From Camelus dromedarius (lineage: Eukaryota): 64,000 nucleotides of DNA. The translations under genes were made by a program, and so were the position numbers. The number at the start of each line of letters is the position of its first letter. The first letter of the stretch is position 1. Shown piece after piece: positions 1 to 12,408 of this stretch. The notes under the pieces were generated by a model, which worked only from the letters and a program-made list of their open reading frames with translations, was not told the origin of the DNA and did not search any database. The stretch covers positions 62,064,001-62,128,000 of the forward strand of contig NC_087437.1 in assembly GCF_036321535.1 (NCBI RefSeq), given 5' to 3'.

Positions 1-162
1 CAGTTCATCTAGGTTATCAGATTTGTGGGCATAGAGTTAGTTGTTCGTAGTATTCCTTTATTATCCTTTTAATGTCCATGGGTTCTGTAGTGATGTCCCC
101 AATTTTATTTCTGATATGAGTAATTTATGTCTTCTTTTTCTTCTTAGTATGGCTAGAGGCTT

Positions 163-341
163 GCTGTGCCCCCCCCTTAATATCTTAACAGTTTTTAAGC
201 ATACAGTATTACATGCAGTATATGCATACAGTTAACTGTATTCACATTGTTGTACAGTAGATCTCTAGAACTGTTTCATCTTGCAAAACTTGAATCTCTA
301 TATCCACTGAACAACAATACCCAATTTTCACCTCCCACCAG
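163..341 (-). mobile_element. Short L1MA-like 3'-end fragment nested in L1
   Basis: L1 3'UTR-like text (ACAGTAGATCTCTAGAACT...TTCATCTTGCA) flanked by a 9-bp direct repeat TAGAGGCTT at 154-162 and 342-350. Confidence 0.7.
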
Positions 342-431
342 TAGAGGCTTACCATTTTTATAGAGAACTGGCTTTTGATTTTTTCTTTTGCTTTCCGGTT
401 TTGAATTTTGTTGATTTCTGCTCTAATTTTT

Positions 432-616
432 TTGAGAGAGTGGTGATTAGGTTTGTTTCTATGTTTATTTGCTTATTTATTTAAATGGAGATACTGGGGA
501 TTGAACCCAGGACCTCATGCATGCTGGGCATGCACTCTACCACTGAGATATATATATATATACCCTGTTCCTCCACTGACTTATACCCTCCCCACCACTG
601 AGCTGTACCCTCCCCC
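432..616 (-). mobile_element. Vic-1-like tRNA-derived SINE (camelid type)
   Basis: Reverse complement reads GGGGAGGGTACAGCTCAGTGG...GGTCCTGGGTTCAATCCCCAGT (A and B boxes) with an AAAT-rich tail. Confidence 0.85.
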
Positions 617-1611
617 TACTCTTAATTTATATGATTTCTTTTGTTATTTTGGATTTAATTTGCCCTTTTTTCTCCCTCGTTTTCAAAAGTGGAAAGTTAG
701 ATGACTGATTTTAGATCTTCTTTTCTAATACATGTAATACTGCATTCAGTGATACAAATTTAAGCACTGTTTTCACTGTCCCACAAATTTTGATAAGTTG
801 TATTTTTTTTTCATTTAGTTCGATTTATCTTTCAGTTTCTCCTGAGATTTCAAGTATCTTTGATCCATGTGTCATTTGGAAGTATATTGTTTAATCTCCC
901 AAGTATTTTTGTGTTTTCCAGCTGTTTTTCTGTTACTGATTTCTAGTTTAATTTCATTGTGGTCTGAGAGTGTATATTGTATGATTTCCTGTTCTTGTAA
1001 ATTAATGAAGTTGTGTTTTATGGCCCTGAATGTGATCTGTCTTGGTGAATGCTCTATGTGAGTTTGAGAAGAATTAGTGTTTTGCTGTTGAATAAAGTAA
1101 TCTGTTGGTTGCAGTGGCCTTCTTATTGGATTGAGTGTAGCCTGAGCCTTGTCCAATCTGTATTTCAGATAGTTTCTATGGTGATCTTTCCAAAATGAGT
1201 TTCATACTTATCACTCCACTACCAAAATGTTTTCAGAGGTTTCTTGTTGCTAAACAGCTGAAATGTACTCTTTTGCTTGGGCTGAAACAGCCTTTGTAAT
1301 CAGGTCTCTTCTTATCTAGACTCTGTGTACAGTAGGTCAGGCCCCTCTCCCCACTTCATACCTTAACCACATCGAATTACTTTAGTTGCCCAGGTTTAAT
1401 ATGATTTTTTTCCTATTATTTCTGTACATGTTGTATGTACTTGTAATATTCTTTGTCTGGCAATCTGCCGTTTTTTCACTTCTCAAAACTCTCTTTTGTG
1501 TAATTTTCATTTCTTTGCTTCCAAGACCATAAGGTCTCTTTTGTATTTTAACTTTGTGTTCTCAATAACTGGGTTATAGTAGGCAATCAAGTATTTTTTG
1601 AGTGAAAAAAT

Positions 1612-2090
1612 TTTTTTTTTAATTGAGGAAAATTTTTAAGTGAAATGCTGTCAGATCCTAAATTTATAGTTCAGAGCATTGACAGCTGCATAAACTTGTG
1701 TAACCCACAGCACATCAAGATACAGAATATTTTCCTCATCCTAGAAAGTTTCTTTGTGTTTCTTTCTGGTCAGTCCTCTCCACAACAATTGTTTTGATTT
1801 TTTTTTTTTCCCATCAAAGATTAGTGTTGTCCCTTGAGAACTTTATGTGAATGGGATCATATGTAACTTGTGTCCAGCTTCTTTTGCTCAACATAGTGTT
1901 TCTGCAGTTTTCAGTGTTGGTTGAATGTATCAGTAAATAGTTAACTCCTTTTCATTGTTGATTAACACTGTTGTTTTATTATCCTGAAGTTTTGTTTATT
2001 TCCCTTTTTATGGTTATTTGCTATCTCGAGTTTCAGCCTTTATGAATAAAGCTGCTATGAACATTTTTGTACAAGTTTTTTAAATTTTGG
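1612..2090 (-). mobile_element. Old L1M 3'-end fragment
   Basis: Poly-T start followed by typical antisense L1M 3'UTR motifs (ATGAATAAAGCTGCTATGAACATT). Confidence 0.7.
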
Positions 2091-2139
2091 GGGTTATATT
2101 TTTATAGAAATTAAACTATTTCTCTTCTGTTTTCATTTT

Positions 2140-4340
2140 GTTTGATATAGTGTCTCTTTGTCACCAGTATTACTCTTGATTGCTGTTATTTTAATAGGGA
2201 ATCTTGATCATGTAGTGTTAAGTCCTCTGATTTTATATTTTTGCAAGATTGCTGTGACTATTGTAGTTTGTTTGCATTTTCATATAAAATGTAGAATATA
2301 CATATAAATGCAGCCTTTCAGTTTTTGTAAACTGAGCTCTCTGGGTTTTGATTGGGATCACATTGATTATATATATATTGACTTGATGAAAATCAACATC
2401 TAAAAAATAGAGTCTTCCAATCCATGAACATATGTTGCTACTTATTTAGCTTTTCTTTAATTTCTCTTAGCATTTGTTCTATAGTTTTCATTGTATAGTT
2501 ACTAAACATATTTATTCGTTAAATTTACCCATGTTTCATGTTTCAGATGCAACTGTAAATGTTAAAAAAAATTTCAGTGTCTAATTGTTTATGAGTATAT
2601 AGAAATGCAGTTGATGCTTTTTATATTGGCCGTGTATCCTGTGACTTTGTTATATGTCCTTATTAATTCTAGTAATTATTTTGTTAGATTCCTTAGGTTT
2701 ATTCACAGTCATTGTGCATAGATTTTACATTTTCCTTTCCAATCTGTATGCTTTTTACTTCTTTTTTCTTCCTTATTGTATTGACTAGGCCTTTAGTACA
2801 GTGTTGAATAGAAATAGTAAGAGTAGATATCTTTGCTTTATTCTTGATCTTCAGGGGACTGCATTCAGTTTTTTACCATTAAGAATTGTTTTAGCTATAG
2901 ATTTTTCATAGATGATCTTTATTAGGTAGAAGAAGTTTTCTTTCTAGTTTGTTGAGATTTTGTTTTAAACTACAAATGGATATATAGCATCATCAGATGT
3001 TTTTTCTGCGACTATTAGATGATCATATATTTCTCCCCTTTTCTTAATATAGTGAATTTATTGATTGATTTCAAATGTTAAACCAACTCTGCATTCCTAT
3101 GATAAACCACGCTTGGTCATGATGTGTAATCCTTTTTATAGTTGTTGTTGGATTCAGTTTACTAATTTTTTTTTAGGTGTTTTTGGGCAGGGGTAGGGGA
3201 GGTAATTGGGCTTATTTATTTAATTATTTTTTACTGGGGATTGAACCTTGGACCTTCTGCATGCTAAGCATGTGCTCTGTCTACCATTTGAGCTATACCC
3301 TCCCCCCTCAGTTTACTAGTTTTTTTTTTTTTTTTTAATGTTTATGTGTATGTTTATAAGGGATACTGGTTTTCTTGCAGTCTTTGTTTTAGTTACACTG
3401 GCCTCTAAAAATGAGATAGGAAGTAGTTCCCTCTATTTTCTGAAAGAGTTTGTGTAAGATTGGAATCATTTGTCATACATATTTGATAGGCTTCACCATT
3501 AAAACTAATCTGGGGCTGAGTTTTCTTTGTGGGAAAATTTTTACTTCCAAATTCAATTTTTAAAACATATATAAGACAACTCAGAATTTAAAATTTTTTC
3601 TTGATTCAGTTTTCATAGCATATTTTTCAAAGAATTTGTCCATTTCTTCATTTTTTAATTGAACAAAAGTTTTCATGATATTTTCCTAATTCTTTTACTG
3701 TCTAAAAGGATCTGTAATTATTCTTTCTCATTCCTGCTAGTGCTAATTTGTCTTTTCCTTCATTAATCTGGATAGAGATTTATCAGTTTTACTAGTCTTT
3801 TCAAAGAATCAAGTTTTGGTTTTACTGATTCTCGCTGTTGTTCATTTCGATTTTCATTCATCTTTACTCTGTTATTTGTTTCCTTCTACTTTATTTTTAA
3901 TTTGCTCTTTTTTTTTTTAGCTTTTTAAAGTAGAAGGTCAGATGACTTATTTTAGACTTTTCTTTGGTTTTGATGTATTCGAAGTTCTAAATTTCTCTTA
4001 ACTTCCTTTGTGATTTCTTTTTAACCTATGAGTTAATTAGAAATGTTTTGCTTAATTTCTGAATGTTTTGAAATTTTCCAGGTATCTTTTTGTCATTGAT
4101 AGTTAATCACCGTGGTGAGAGAATGTACATGTATGATTTCAGTCCTTTTTAGCTTTATTGAGACTTGTTTTAAGGCCTACCATATGATTAGTTGGTGAAC
4201 GCTCTGTATTCACTTGAAAAGAATGTGGAGTCTGGCTGCTGTTGGGTGGGTTATTTTTGTAAATGTCAGTTAGGTCAAGTTGGCTAGTTGTGTTCTTCAG
4301 CTCTTTTATATCCTTACTGATGTACTTGTTCTCTAGCTGT
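2140..4340 (-). mobile_element. Old L1M ORF2 fragment
   Basis: Antisense L1 ORF2 motifs, e.g. AGTACAGTGTTGAATAGAAATAGT and GAGTCTTCCAATCCATGAACAT. Confidence 0.8.
3165..3307 (-). mobile_element. Vic-1-like SINE with target-site duplication
   Basis: Contains GGGGATTGAACC...GAGCTATACCCTCCCCC; TSD TCAGTTTACTA at 3154-3164 and 3308-3318. Confidence 0.88.
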
Positions 4341-4354
4341 TGAAGTTTGTTTGC

Positions 4355-5330
4355 GGAAAGACCCAGTTCAAAATTATATGTTACATTAGTTGTCGTGTCT
4401 CTTTGGTTTTCTCTGGTCTGGGTTAATTTCTCACTTCTAAAATTTTGTGATCATCATACATGAAAATTACAAACTGTTTTGTAGGATGTCTTTCAGTTCT
4501 GGTTTATTTGATTTTTCCTCTTTGCTCGATTTAAGTTACTATCTTTGGCAGGTGAATTGCAAAAAGGGAATTGCTGTGTTCTCTCCCTACTGCATTCTAA
4601 CAGGTGGCACATGATTTTTATTTGCCCCCTTCTGATGATGGTTCACTTTGATCAGTTAATTAAGGTGATGTCTGCCAGATTTTGCCAGTGTAAAGTTAGT
4701 CTTATTTCATCATACTTTTTGATTTATTCATTTATTTTTTTTGTTTCAATATGGATTTAGGAGTTTTATTCACTGGGTTAAAATCTATTACTGTGATTAT
4801 TTTAATGCTTGGTTTAAGATTTGGCCGATCAGAGCCATTTCATGGTGGCTTCTGTGTTCTTTTGACATGTCCCATCAATCTTTGAGAACTTTCTTGCCTT
4901 CTTTAATGAGATGTTCTAGGCTTATCTTATATTTTTGCTGCCTCTTCCCTGAAATCAGCCACTTCTCTAAGCAGCCCCAGTTCATTTTAGTGGAGAATGG
5001 TATTTTGAAGCTAAGATCTAGGTGCTCAGTATGCTGCTTATTGCTGTTGGGGTATAGCTTTCAGGGCTGTCAGTGGACAAAACCAGAGAAAATATGTATA
5101 TATATGTACTTACATACATTTATCTGTATGTACGTACACACATTTATATCTGTAATTATCTGTTTATCTTTAAGTATTGAAAACCACAAGTTCACAATGA
5201 TGCCTCCAATTATAGTGTATTACCATGGAGTACATTTTAGTTTTCTCACTTCCATGTTTTATAACTCCTTTCTCAGATTGTTAGAAACCTGACTTCTGAT
5301 CCTTAATATATTTACTTATTTTATCAGACC
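4355..5330 (-). mobile_element. L1MC-type 3'UTR fragment
   Basis: Motifs such as GAAATCAGCCACTTCTCTAAG and TTTTAGTGGAGAATGGTATTT; similar to 14.8-16.0 kb. Confidence 0.7.
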
Positions 5331-5874
5331 CTTCCCCGCCACCCTCATCTCTGTATAACCATTTTTTCCTCAACACTGCTGCCCTTCCCCCACCTTCCCT
5401 TCTTACTCTGCACAGCTCCCATACTTCATGGTACTGTGTGCCACCCCTTGCCTCCTGCATGGATGCCCTGCACCCCAGTATATACTTTGACAGTTTATGC
5501 TGCACCTCATTACCACATGGATCCCTCCATATATGCTGTGTTGCTCCAAGCCCACTCTTTGATCATTTACTCACTCCACTTAGTTTTGATAACCTTGCTC
5601 CAGGCTGCTCTTACCCCACAATGTCGACCCTTCTTTATATTGCTTGGGCTCTGATACCTTATGCTAAGTTGCCCTTTTATATGGAGAACTTCCTTTCTGC
5701 TTACACCCTGACATCTTGCTTTGGGCAGCCCTCCCATGCATATGCCCTCTTCATCCTGTCTGGGATGTGACACTTTGTTTTGATCCAGCTTATGGCCTTG
5801 GGAGTGAATGGTTCATGGAGAATAAGTAGATAGGGTAGGTCAGGAAGGGGAAGGGACAAGATTTATCCTTTTGC

Positions 5875-6500
5875 TTTTTTTAAACTTAGTTTTGAAGTTA
5901 CATAGGTTCATAGGAAGTTGCCAAAATAATACAGAAAGGTTCCATGTACTTTTCACAGTTTCTCCCGAGTGTTTATATTTTATATAACTATAGTACAAAA
6001 TATCAAAATCAGAAAATTGACATTGCTACGATATGTCCATGTTGTATACTTTATCATACATGTAGATATGTGTAACTACTGTGACAATCAAAATGCAGAG
6101 CTAATCCATCACAACAAAGATGTCTCTGGTGCTACCCCTTTGTAGCCACACCTCTTCTTCCCACTACCATTCCTAACCCCTGGCTATCCTACCCTAATCT
6201 ATTTTCCATCTCTAAAACTTTGTCATTTTGAGAATATTGTATCAGTGGAATCACACAGTATGTGACCTTTGGGATTGACTTTTTTCACTTAACATAATGC
6301 CCTTGAGAACCATCTAAGTTGTATAGATCAGTAATTTGTTCTTTTTTATTATAGAGTATTCTACGGTGTGGTTATACCACAGTTTAAACATTTACTTATT
6401 GAGGGACATTTTAGTTATTTGCATTTGGCTATTACAGGTAAAGCTGCTGTGAACATTCATGAGTAGGTTTTTGTGTGAACATAGGTGTATGTTTCTCTAG
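5875..6500 (-). mobile_element. L1MC/MD-type 3'-end fragment
   Basis: Antisense L1 3'UTR motifs (GGAATCACACAGTATGTGACCTTT; AAAGCTGCTGTGAACATTCATG). Confidence 0.75.
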
Positions 6501-7424
6501 GATTCAACACCCTGTTGTACCCTGCCACCGGATATAATGACTCGTAACATTGTGGTTTATGTCCTTCAGTGCTTTTTTGATATGCATACCATGCATAGGA
6601 TCATGTTGCTTTTTATCTACTCTTTCCATTTAGCAGCATATTTTGAACTTTTCTCAACTCCTTATTCTTCTAATAACTTCCTAAATGCCTGCTTGATATT
6701 CCAAATTTTTTATAATCCATAATTGAGCCCTGTTACTCCTAATAGATAATGATAGATTTGAGTCCAGTTGGAGAGTGAATCAGTGAAAAGTTGTCTCATA
6801 CCAAGTGGGCAGAATTTAGGATTTGTGTAACGTTACTTTATAGTAGACATAACAGAATGGGCAATTACATCTCTTCCTTGTTACTTATGCATGCCTGCTG
6901 ATAAGGCAAAGTGGTGTGAAGGGCAGGTCTTGGGATCATGAATATACATTTTTTAGTTAAAGAGAGGGCATTGATCTAGAACAGCATGATCTGGGTCCCC
7001 CAAAGTGAAAACTTAAGCCACCAAGCCTTTCCTCCTTTCTAGATTTTATGCTCAAAGTCTTTTAAAAATAGATATTGGGTATGCTAATTTTTTTTCCTTT
7101 TATTTGCTCATTCACTTGGAAATCACAAAGTTTATTTCATACTAGCTTTTTTTTGTAAATTCAAAACAAAAAGTTGAGTTTTGTGTTTTCTTAAATTGTT
7201 AATAATTTAGATTTTGTAGCCTATGTAAACTCCCTATTTTGTGACATTTGAAGTAAAAGTTCTTCATCTGTGATAACTGTTAGTTTTTAGGATTCATCTT
7301 GACCTTACTACTCTAAATCAGTCACCCAGATTCAACTCAGTGGGTCTACATTTTCAACAGCAATCTGCAGACCAACTTTTGAATATTTGTAGTTTGCTCA
7401 TTAGAACTTTGTTTTCTTATGTTA

Positions 7425-7566
7425 GAAATTTGAATTAAAATGAACTAAAACTAGTATTTCAGTTCCTTAGTTGCATTAGGCACAGTTCAAATGCTTATGC
7501 AGTGAGTGGCTTCTGTATTAGACAGCATAGATAAAGAATATTTCCATCATTGCAGGAAGTTTTATT
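7425..7566 (-). mobile_element. MER3-like hAT-Charlie MITE fragment
   Basis: TTCAGTTCCTTAGTTGCATTAG...GAATATTTCCATCATTGCAGGAAGTT resembles the MER3 consensus. Confidence 0.7.
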
Positions 7567-9879
7567 TATTTATTTTACAGTATTAGAAAGCCTCTCAACT
7601 CAAAAACTAAATTTATTTCAGAAATTTGAAAAAGATACATTTGATTTATCCTTTTAATTATAGCTATAGAAGAGGAATTGGGAACTTTATGTTCTGTATT
7701 TTTCCAGTTTGTTGTCAAGTATGTTGAAGAGTAAAAGACATGTTTGTATTGACAAAATGGAGCAAATTGTAATTCAGAATGACATATGCCACATTTGTTT
7801 TCTAGAAGGCTGCTGGAGTACACCTGAACAAAAGGATTTTATAAATTAGGAACTATAAAAAATTGTGTTCATTTAAGATATAATAAAATGTAAAGTATTT
7901 CAGGTATTGGTAACTCCTGAAAAAATATACTTTTAACATTTGTGTAGCATTTTATTTTAGTCTTGAGTTTCTGTGCTGTAAAACAGCATGAATAAAGTTG
8001 TAGTCATCCTTTTATACATTTTATATTTATGATTATTTTGTTTAATGGCCTAGGAAACTCAAAATGTATTTGGCAATTGCTGTAAGACCTCTTTTGTTTT
8101 TAGTTTTTAAATTTCCTTAAATCCTATCGTTAGTTTAAGGAGGGTTGTTTAAATATTTTTCAAAAATATCTAATTTCCTAATACCTCTTTCTCCAGTTGA
8201 TAAAAAACCTGATACAGTGATGCTAGGAATTTGAGTATAGGTCTTGTAATAAGTGAATTTCTTCTCCTGTTAAAAAGAAAAAAGGAATAATTTTATCCAT
8301 GTCAGTGATTTTAAGATACTATTTTTTGTCACAAGATTACATTTATTGATAACATGATCTTTCACAGTCATCCTGGAAGGTGACAAATCTATTTGACTCT
8401 ATTTCTTTGCTTAAATAGTCATTGGTAGGGTATGTTTCTTCCTCTCTTTTTGGTTAACTCCCAACTTGTTATCCCTATTACATTGTATACTTTTCCAGCA
8501 AAGTTATTTGTTAGTTGTAGGCAGTTCTGATTACCAATGCATTTCTTTTTAAGTTCATTTGAGGCATTCAGAAGTAGCTTTATGTTCATTGGCTATCTGG
8601 TCTTTGTCTATTGAGGTGATTACATTGGCTTTTATTGGGGCTATATGCCTTAAGAAGTGCTTTTTTCCTGCATTCAAATGCTTCTTACTTCAGCATAATC
8701 TTTGGATATCATTTTAAGAAATAGATTTATTAATTGAGATCACTTAAAAGAGAGTAGATGGCAGTTTATACAAATTCTCGGGTTTTTTTTTTTTTTTAAC
8801 AAGATTTTACTTGCTTATATGCAATTTAAAATGGATTCCTATTTGATAGGAATAAGTATTCGAGCAGAAAATATGGAGTGAGTAATATTGCTTTATAGTT
8901 TTTCCTGGTGAGAGTCATGTTACTGCTTACTGTTAATGATTTCAACTCACCTGGTAGGTAGATAGTGTTAGGTAGCTAACCCAAAATGTTCTATTTTTCA
9001 GTATCCTCCAGTGCTCTTAAAGTTGTTTGATTTAGTTTATCTTTTTCTTTTTCCTGTAGTTGAACATGAATTGTTAAGAGAAGATTTCTTTCTATATAAC
9101 ATTAATAACATAACCAGTCTTCTAACACTTTTCATGTAGTTCTGTCTGATCTTTGATATCTAATTGATTGATCTAGAATTGTGAGACGGTGGTACTGAAT
9201 GAGAGTTACACTCTTACTTTGATCAGTGTGATTTCCCAAATTGAAAATCATTGTATACAAGGCTGTGACAGGGTCAGTCTAGCTAGATCAATCTCACAGA
9301 TGTCTACTTAGGTCTTTTTTCTAATTGTATGATGAAGTGCATTATAAAAGGACAACATAGTCATTGTAAAAATTAAAACAATTTAGAAGAGAAGAAAGAA
9401 AAAAGTAAAAGTTCCTTGTTTCTAACTTTTGCTTACTCTGATTCTAAACAGCTAACTACTAATACTGATATCCTGGAAATTTAGAATTTATGGACAAAAC
9501 ATACAGAATGTGTGTGTGTATTTATTCTATGTACTATGTTTTGTAAATATTTATCTTATGAACGTATACATATATTTTGTTTTACATAAATTAGATGTAC
9601 TTTGCTTTTGAAATCTGCATTACTTAATAGCATCTTGTAGAAATTTCCATGTTACTGCATATAAAGCTTACTTATTTTAATGAGTGATTAAATGGTGTGC
9701 CTTATTTTCTTTAACCACTTCCCTCTTGATGGATATTTATTTTATTACTAGATATGTTTGAATGAAATAATGATGAAAGGATCATGCTTGTATATATAGA
9801 TGTCTGTATGGTACAAGCATGTTTCTTGTATTTATCTATTTATGTATCTACACATTTGTAACACTTTTTCTGGGTGTAT

Positions 9880-11000
9880 ATCTTTATTGAAATACAACAT
9901 TCATACAGAAAATACACAAGTTGTAAGTGATAAGTTTCCTTAAAAATGAACATACTTGTGTAATCACTATGCAGATTAAGATGTAGAACATTATCAGTAT
10001 CCCAGGGGCCCTCCCCCTCTTCTGTCTCTTAGTTACAACCCTCCTCTAATTCCTAAAGATAACCTCAACACTTTTATCGTGGTCAATTAGCTTTACCTGA
10101 CTTTGAATTCAATATAAATAGAATCATATACTATCTACTCTAATGTCTGATGTCTTTGTTTTATGTTATGAGATACATCCATATTATTGCATGTAGTAGT
10201 TGTTTATTTTCATTTCTGTATAATTGTCAGTTGTGTGAATATATCAAAATTTATTCTAGTATAATAGGCATGTAGATTGTTTCAGGATGTTGGCTGTTGG
10301 GAAAAGTGCTGCTGCAAGTATTCTTGAAAGTATCTTCTGGTGCATGTGCATACTCATTTCTGTGGGCTATATATTTAGGACTGAATTTGCTGGGTATGTG
10401 TATGTTCAGCTTTAGGAAATACTGTCAGAAGTTTTTCTAAGTAGTTTTGCCAATTTATACTAATTGCTCAGTATCCTTGATATTTGGAATTGTCAGTACT
10501 TTAATGTTAGCCATTTTGGTGATTTGGTAATAGTATTGCAGTGTGATTTTAGGTTGCATTTTGCTGATAACTAATGAAATTTAGTGCCTTTTGTATTTAC
10601 TGGCAATTTGAATGTTATTTTTTGTAAGGTGCATATTTATCTTGCCCACTTTTCTATTAGATTCTTTCTGTTCCAGATTTGTAGTATTTCTTTATCTTTG
10701 CAAAGATAATCTATTGCAATTATCTTTTCTACTCTGATTTGCCATTTTACTCTTTTAATATACAGAAGTCAGTTTTTTTTTTTTTCAGAAGTCAATGTTA
10801 ATGAAGTTCAGTTTATAAGTCTTCCTTTTGGTTAGTGTTTTGTGTATCTTGTTTAGGAATTCTTTGCCCACCCCAAGGTTATGAAGATAATTTCCTTTGT
10901 TGACTTCTAGATGCCTTATGGTTTTCTTCTCCCATCTAGTTCAACAGTCTATTTGGAATTCATTTTTGCTGATATGTGAGATAGAGATCAAGATTTATTT
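9880..11000 (-). mobile_element. L1ME-type 3' fragment
   Basis: Starts TTTATTGAAATACAACATTCATACAGAAAA; continuous degraded antisense L1 3'UTR and ORF2 end. Confidence 0.75.
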
Positions 11001-12178
11001 GATGGCTTTTTCTTTTTTTTTCCCCACTCACCCATAGAAGTTTTTTCAGTTTAATTTTGCTGGCTTAATGTTTCAATTCTTAGAACAACTTAGTATATTA
11101 AGATAATAGTAAATAGGTATTTCTTTGATTAATACTAGGGATTTGTACTAAGACTGGACTTACTGTCTTTTTAGGATTATAAAGTAACACATACTTGTTG
11201 AGAAAATGAAAAAAATTTTAAACTATAAAGAAGATTAAAAAATTGCTATCATCTCACTTCTCTAGGATAATCACTACTAACATTTACTTGTTAGCATTTT
11301 AGTATTTCCTTTTTTGTTTGTCTTTCTGCGTATTTGCATGTTTGTATCAAAATTGCTGCATATGTATCTGTATAAAATTATAAAAATATATTTATCTACA
11401 TTTTTATCTATATATCACTTAACTTTAAACCATAAGCATTTCACTATGTCATTATTATTATTTGAAAATAAGATTTCTGATTACTGTATGTTATATAGCT
11501 GTATTGTAATTTCTCTCACTATTTCTTTACTGGGCATTAGACTGTTGGCAGTTTATTCACTATCATAAATAATATTGTGATGTTACATGTAGACATTGTT
11601 GTCATGTGAGATTATTTCTTCAGTGTAGATTTCTTACGGCTCTTGACATATACTGACCAAGTTACAGTCTGCAAATTTTGATCATCATCTTCTTCCTCTA
11701 GTAGTGTATGAGATTCCCAACTTACTATCTTTGTAAATGATCTAGAGTAGAAAATGTGAAATATAGTTTCTAAAGTTATATATGATGTTGAGAAAAAAGA
11801 AAAACAACTAGACTCGGTCTCCACTTTAAGCTCCACTTGGAAGTGGAGAAGAAAAGTAAAAGATGTCTTTAGATGGGAGACTGGGATATAATATAGCATA
11901 TTGAAAAGCAGGGGGGAAGAAAGAAAGGCAAGGAATTTGGAAGGAGGTTCTGATGTGAAAAAGATGTTATTTTTAGCAGTATTGAGTTTTAGGTAATAGG
12001 ATGTCTAAGCGGAGATGTTCTGTAGAAATTGGTAGCCTTCTATGTATCCAGGCAATTACACATCTGCAACTATATAGTAATAATTAGTAACCAGAAATAT
12101 TTGTTTAGAACTTGAAAGTTTTCAGGGTACTTTTAATGTAATCTCATTTGATTTTCTAATGCGTATAAGCTGGATATT

Positions 12179-12408
12179 TTTTAAATTAGTTATTGAAGTG
12201 TAGTTGATTTACAATATTAGTTTCAGGCATACAGCAAAGTAATTCAGTTACACGTATACATACATACATATATATATATATTTTTTCCTTTTCAGATTCT
12301 TTTCCACTTTAGGTTATTACAAGAAATTGAATATAGTTCCCTGTGCTATACAGTAGATCCTTGTTGTTTTTCTGTTTTATTTATAGTAACATGTATCTCT
12401 TAATCCCC
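12179..12408 (-). mobile_element. 5'-truncated young L1 3' tail inserted in a MIR
   Basis: Perfect 14-bp TSD ATAAGCTGGATATT at 12165-12178 and 12409-12422; TTCCCTGTGCTATACAGTA is shared with the L1 at 16.5 kb. Confidence 0.88.

Larger units (their letters stand above)
1..1110 (-). mobile_element. Old L1 ORF2 (endonuclease-end) fragment, interrupted by two younger insertions
   Basis: Minus-strand ORF 872-1156 contains the L1 EN C-terminal motif SDHNEIKLEI. Confidence 0.85.

Noticed and set aside
490..550. tRNA gene
   Set aside because: The A and B boxes belong to a SINE with an AT-rich tail, and there is no intact cloverleaf. The same applies to 3165-3307.
4741..5292. 183-aa ORF as a novel gene (also 15508-15954)
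   Set aside because: It lies on the antisense strand of L1 3'UTR remnants, has a non-ATG start and F/L/C/S-biased composition, and shows no domain.
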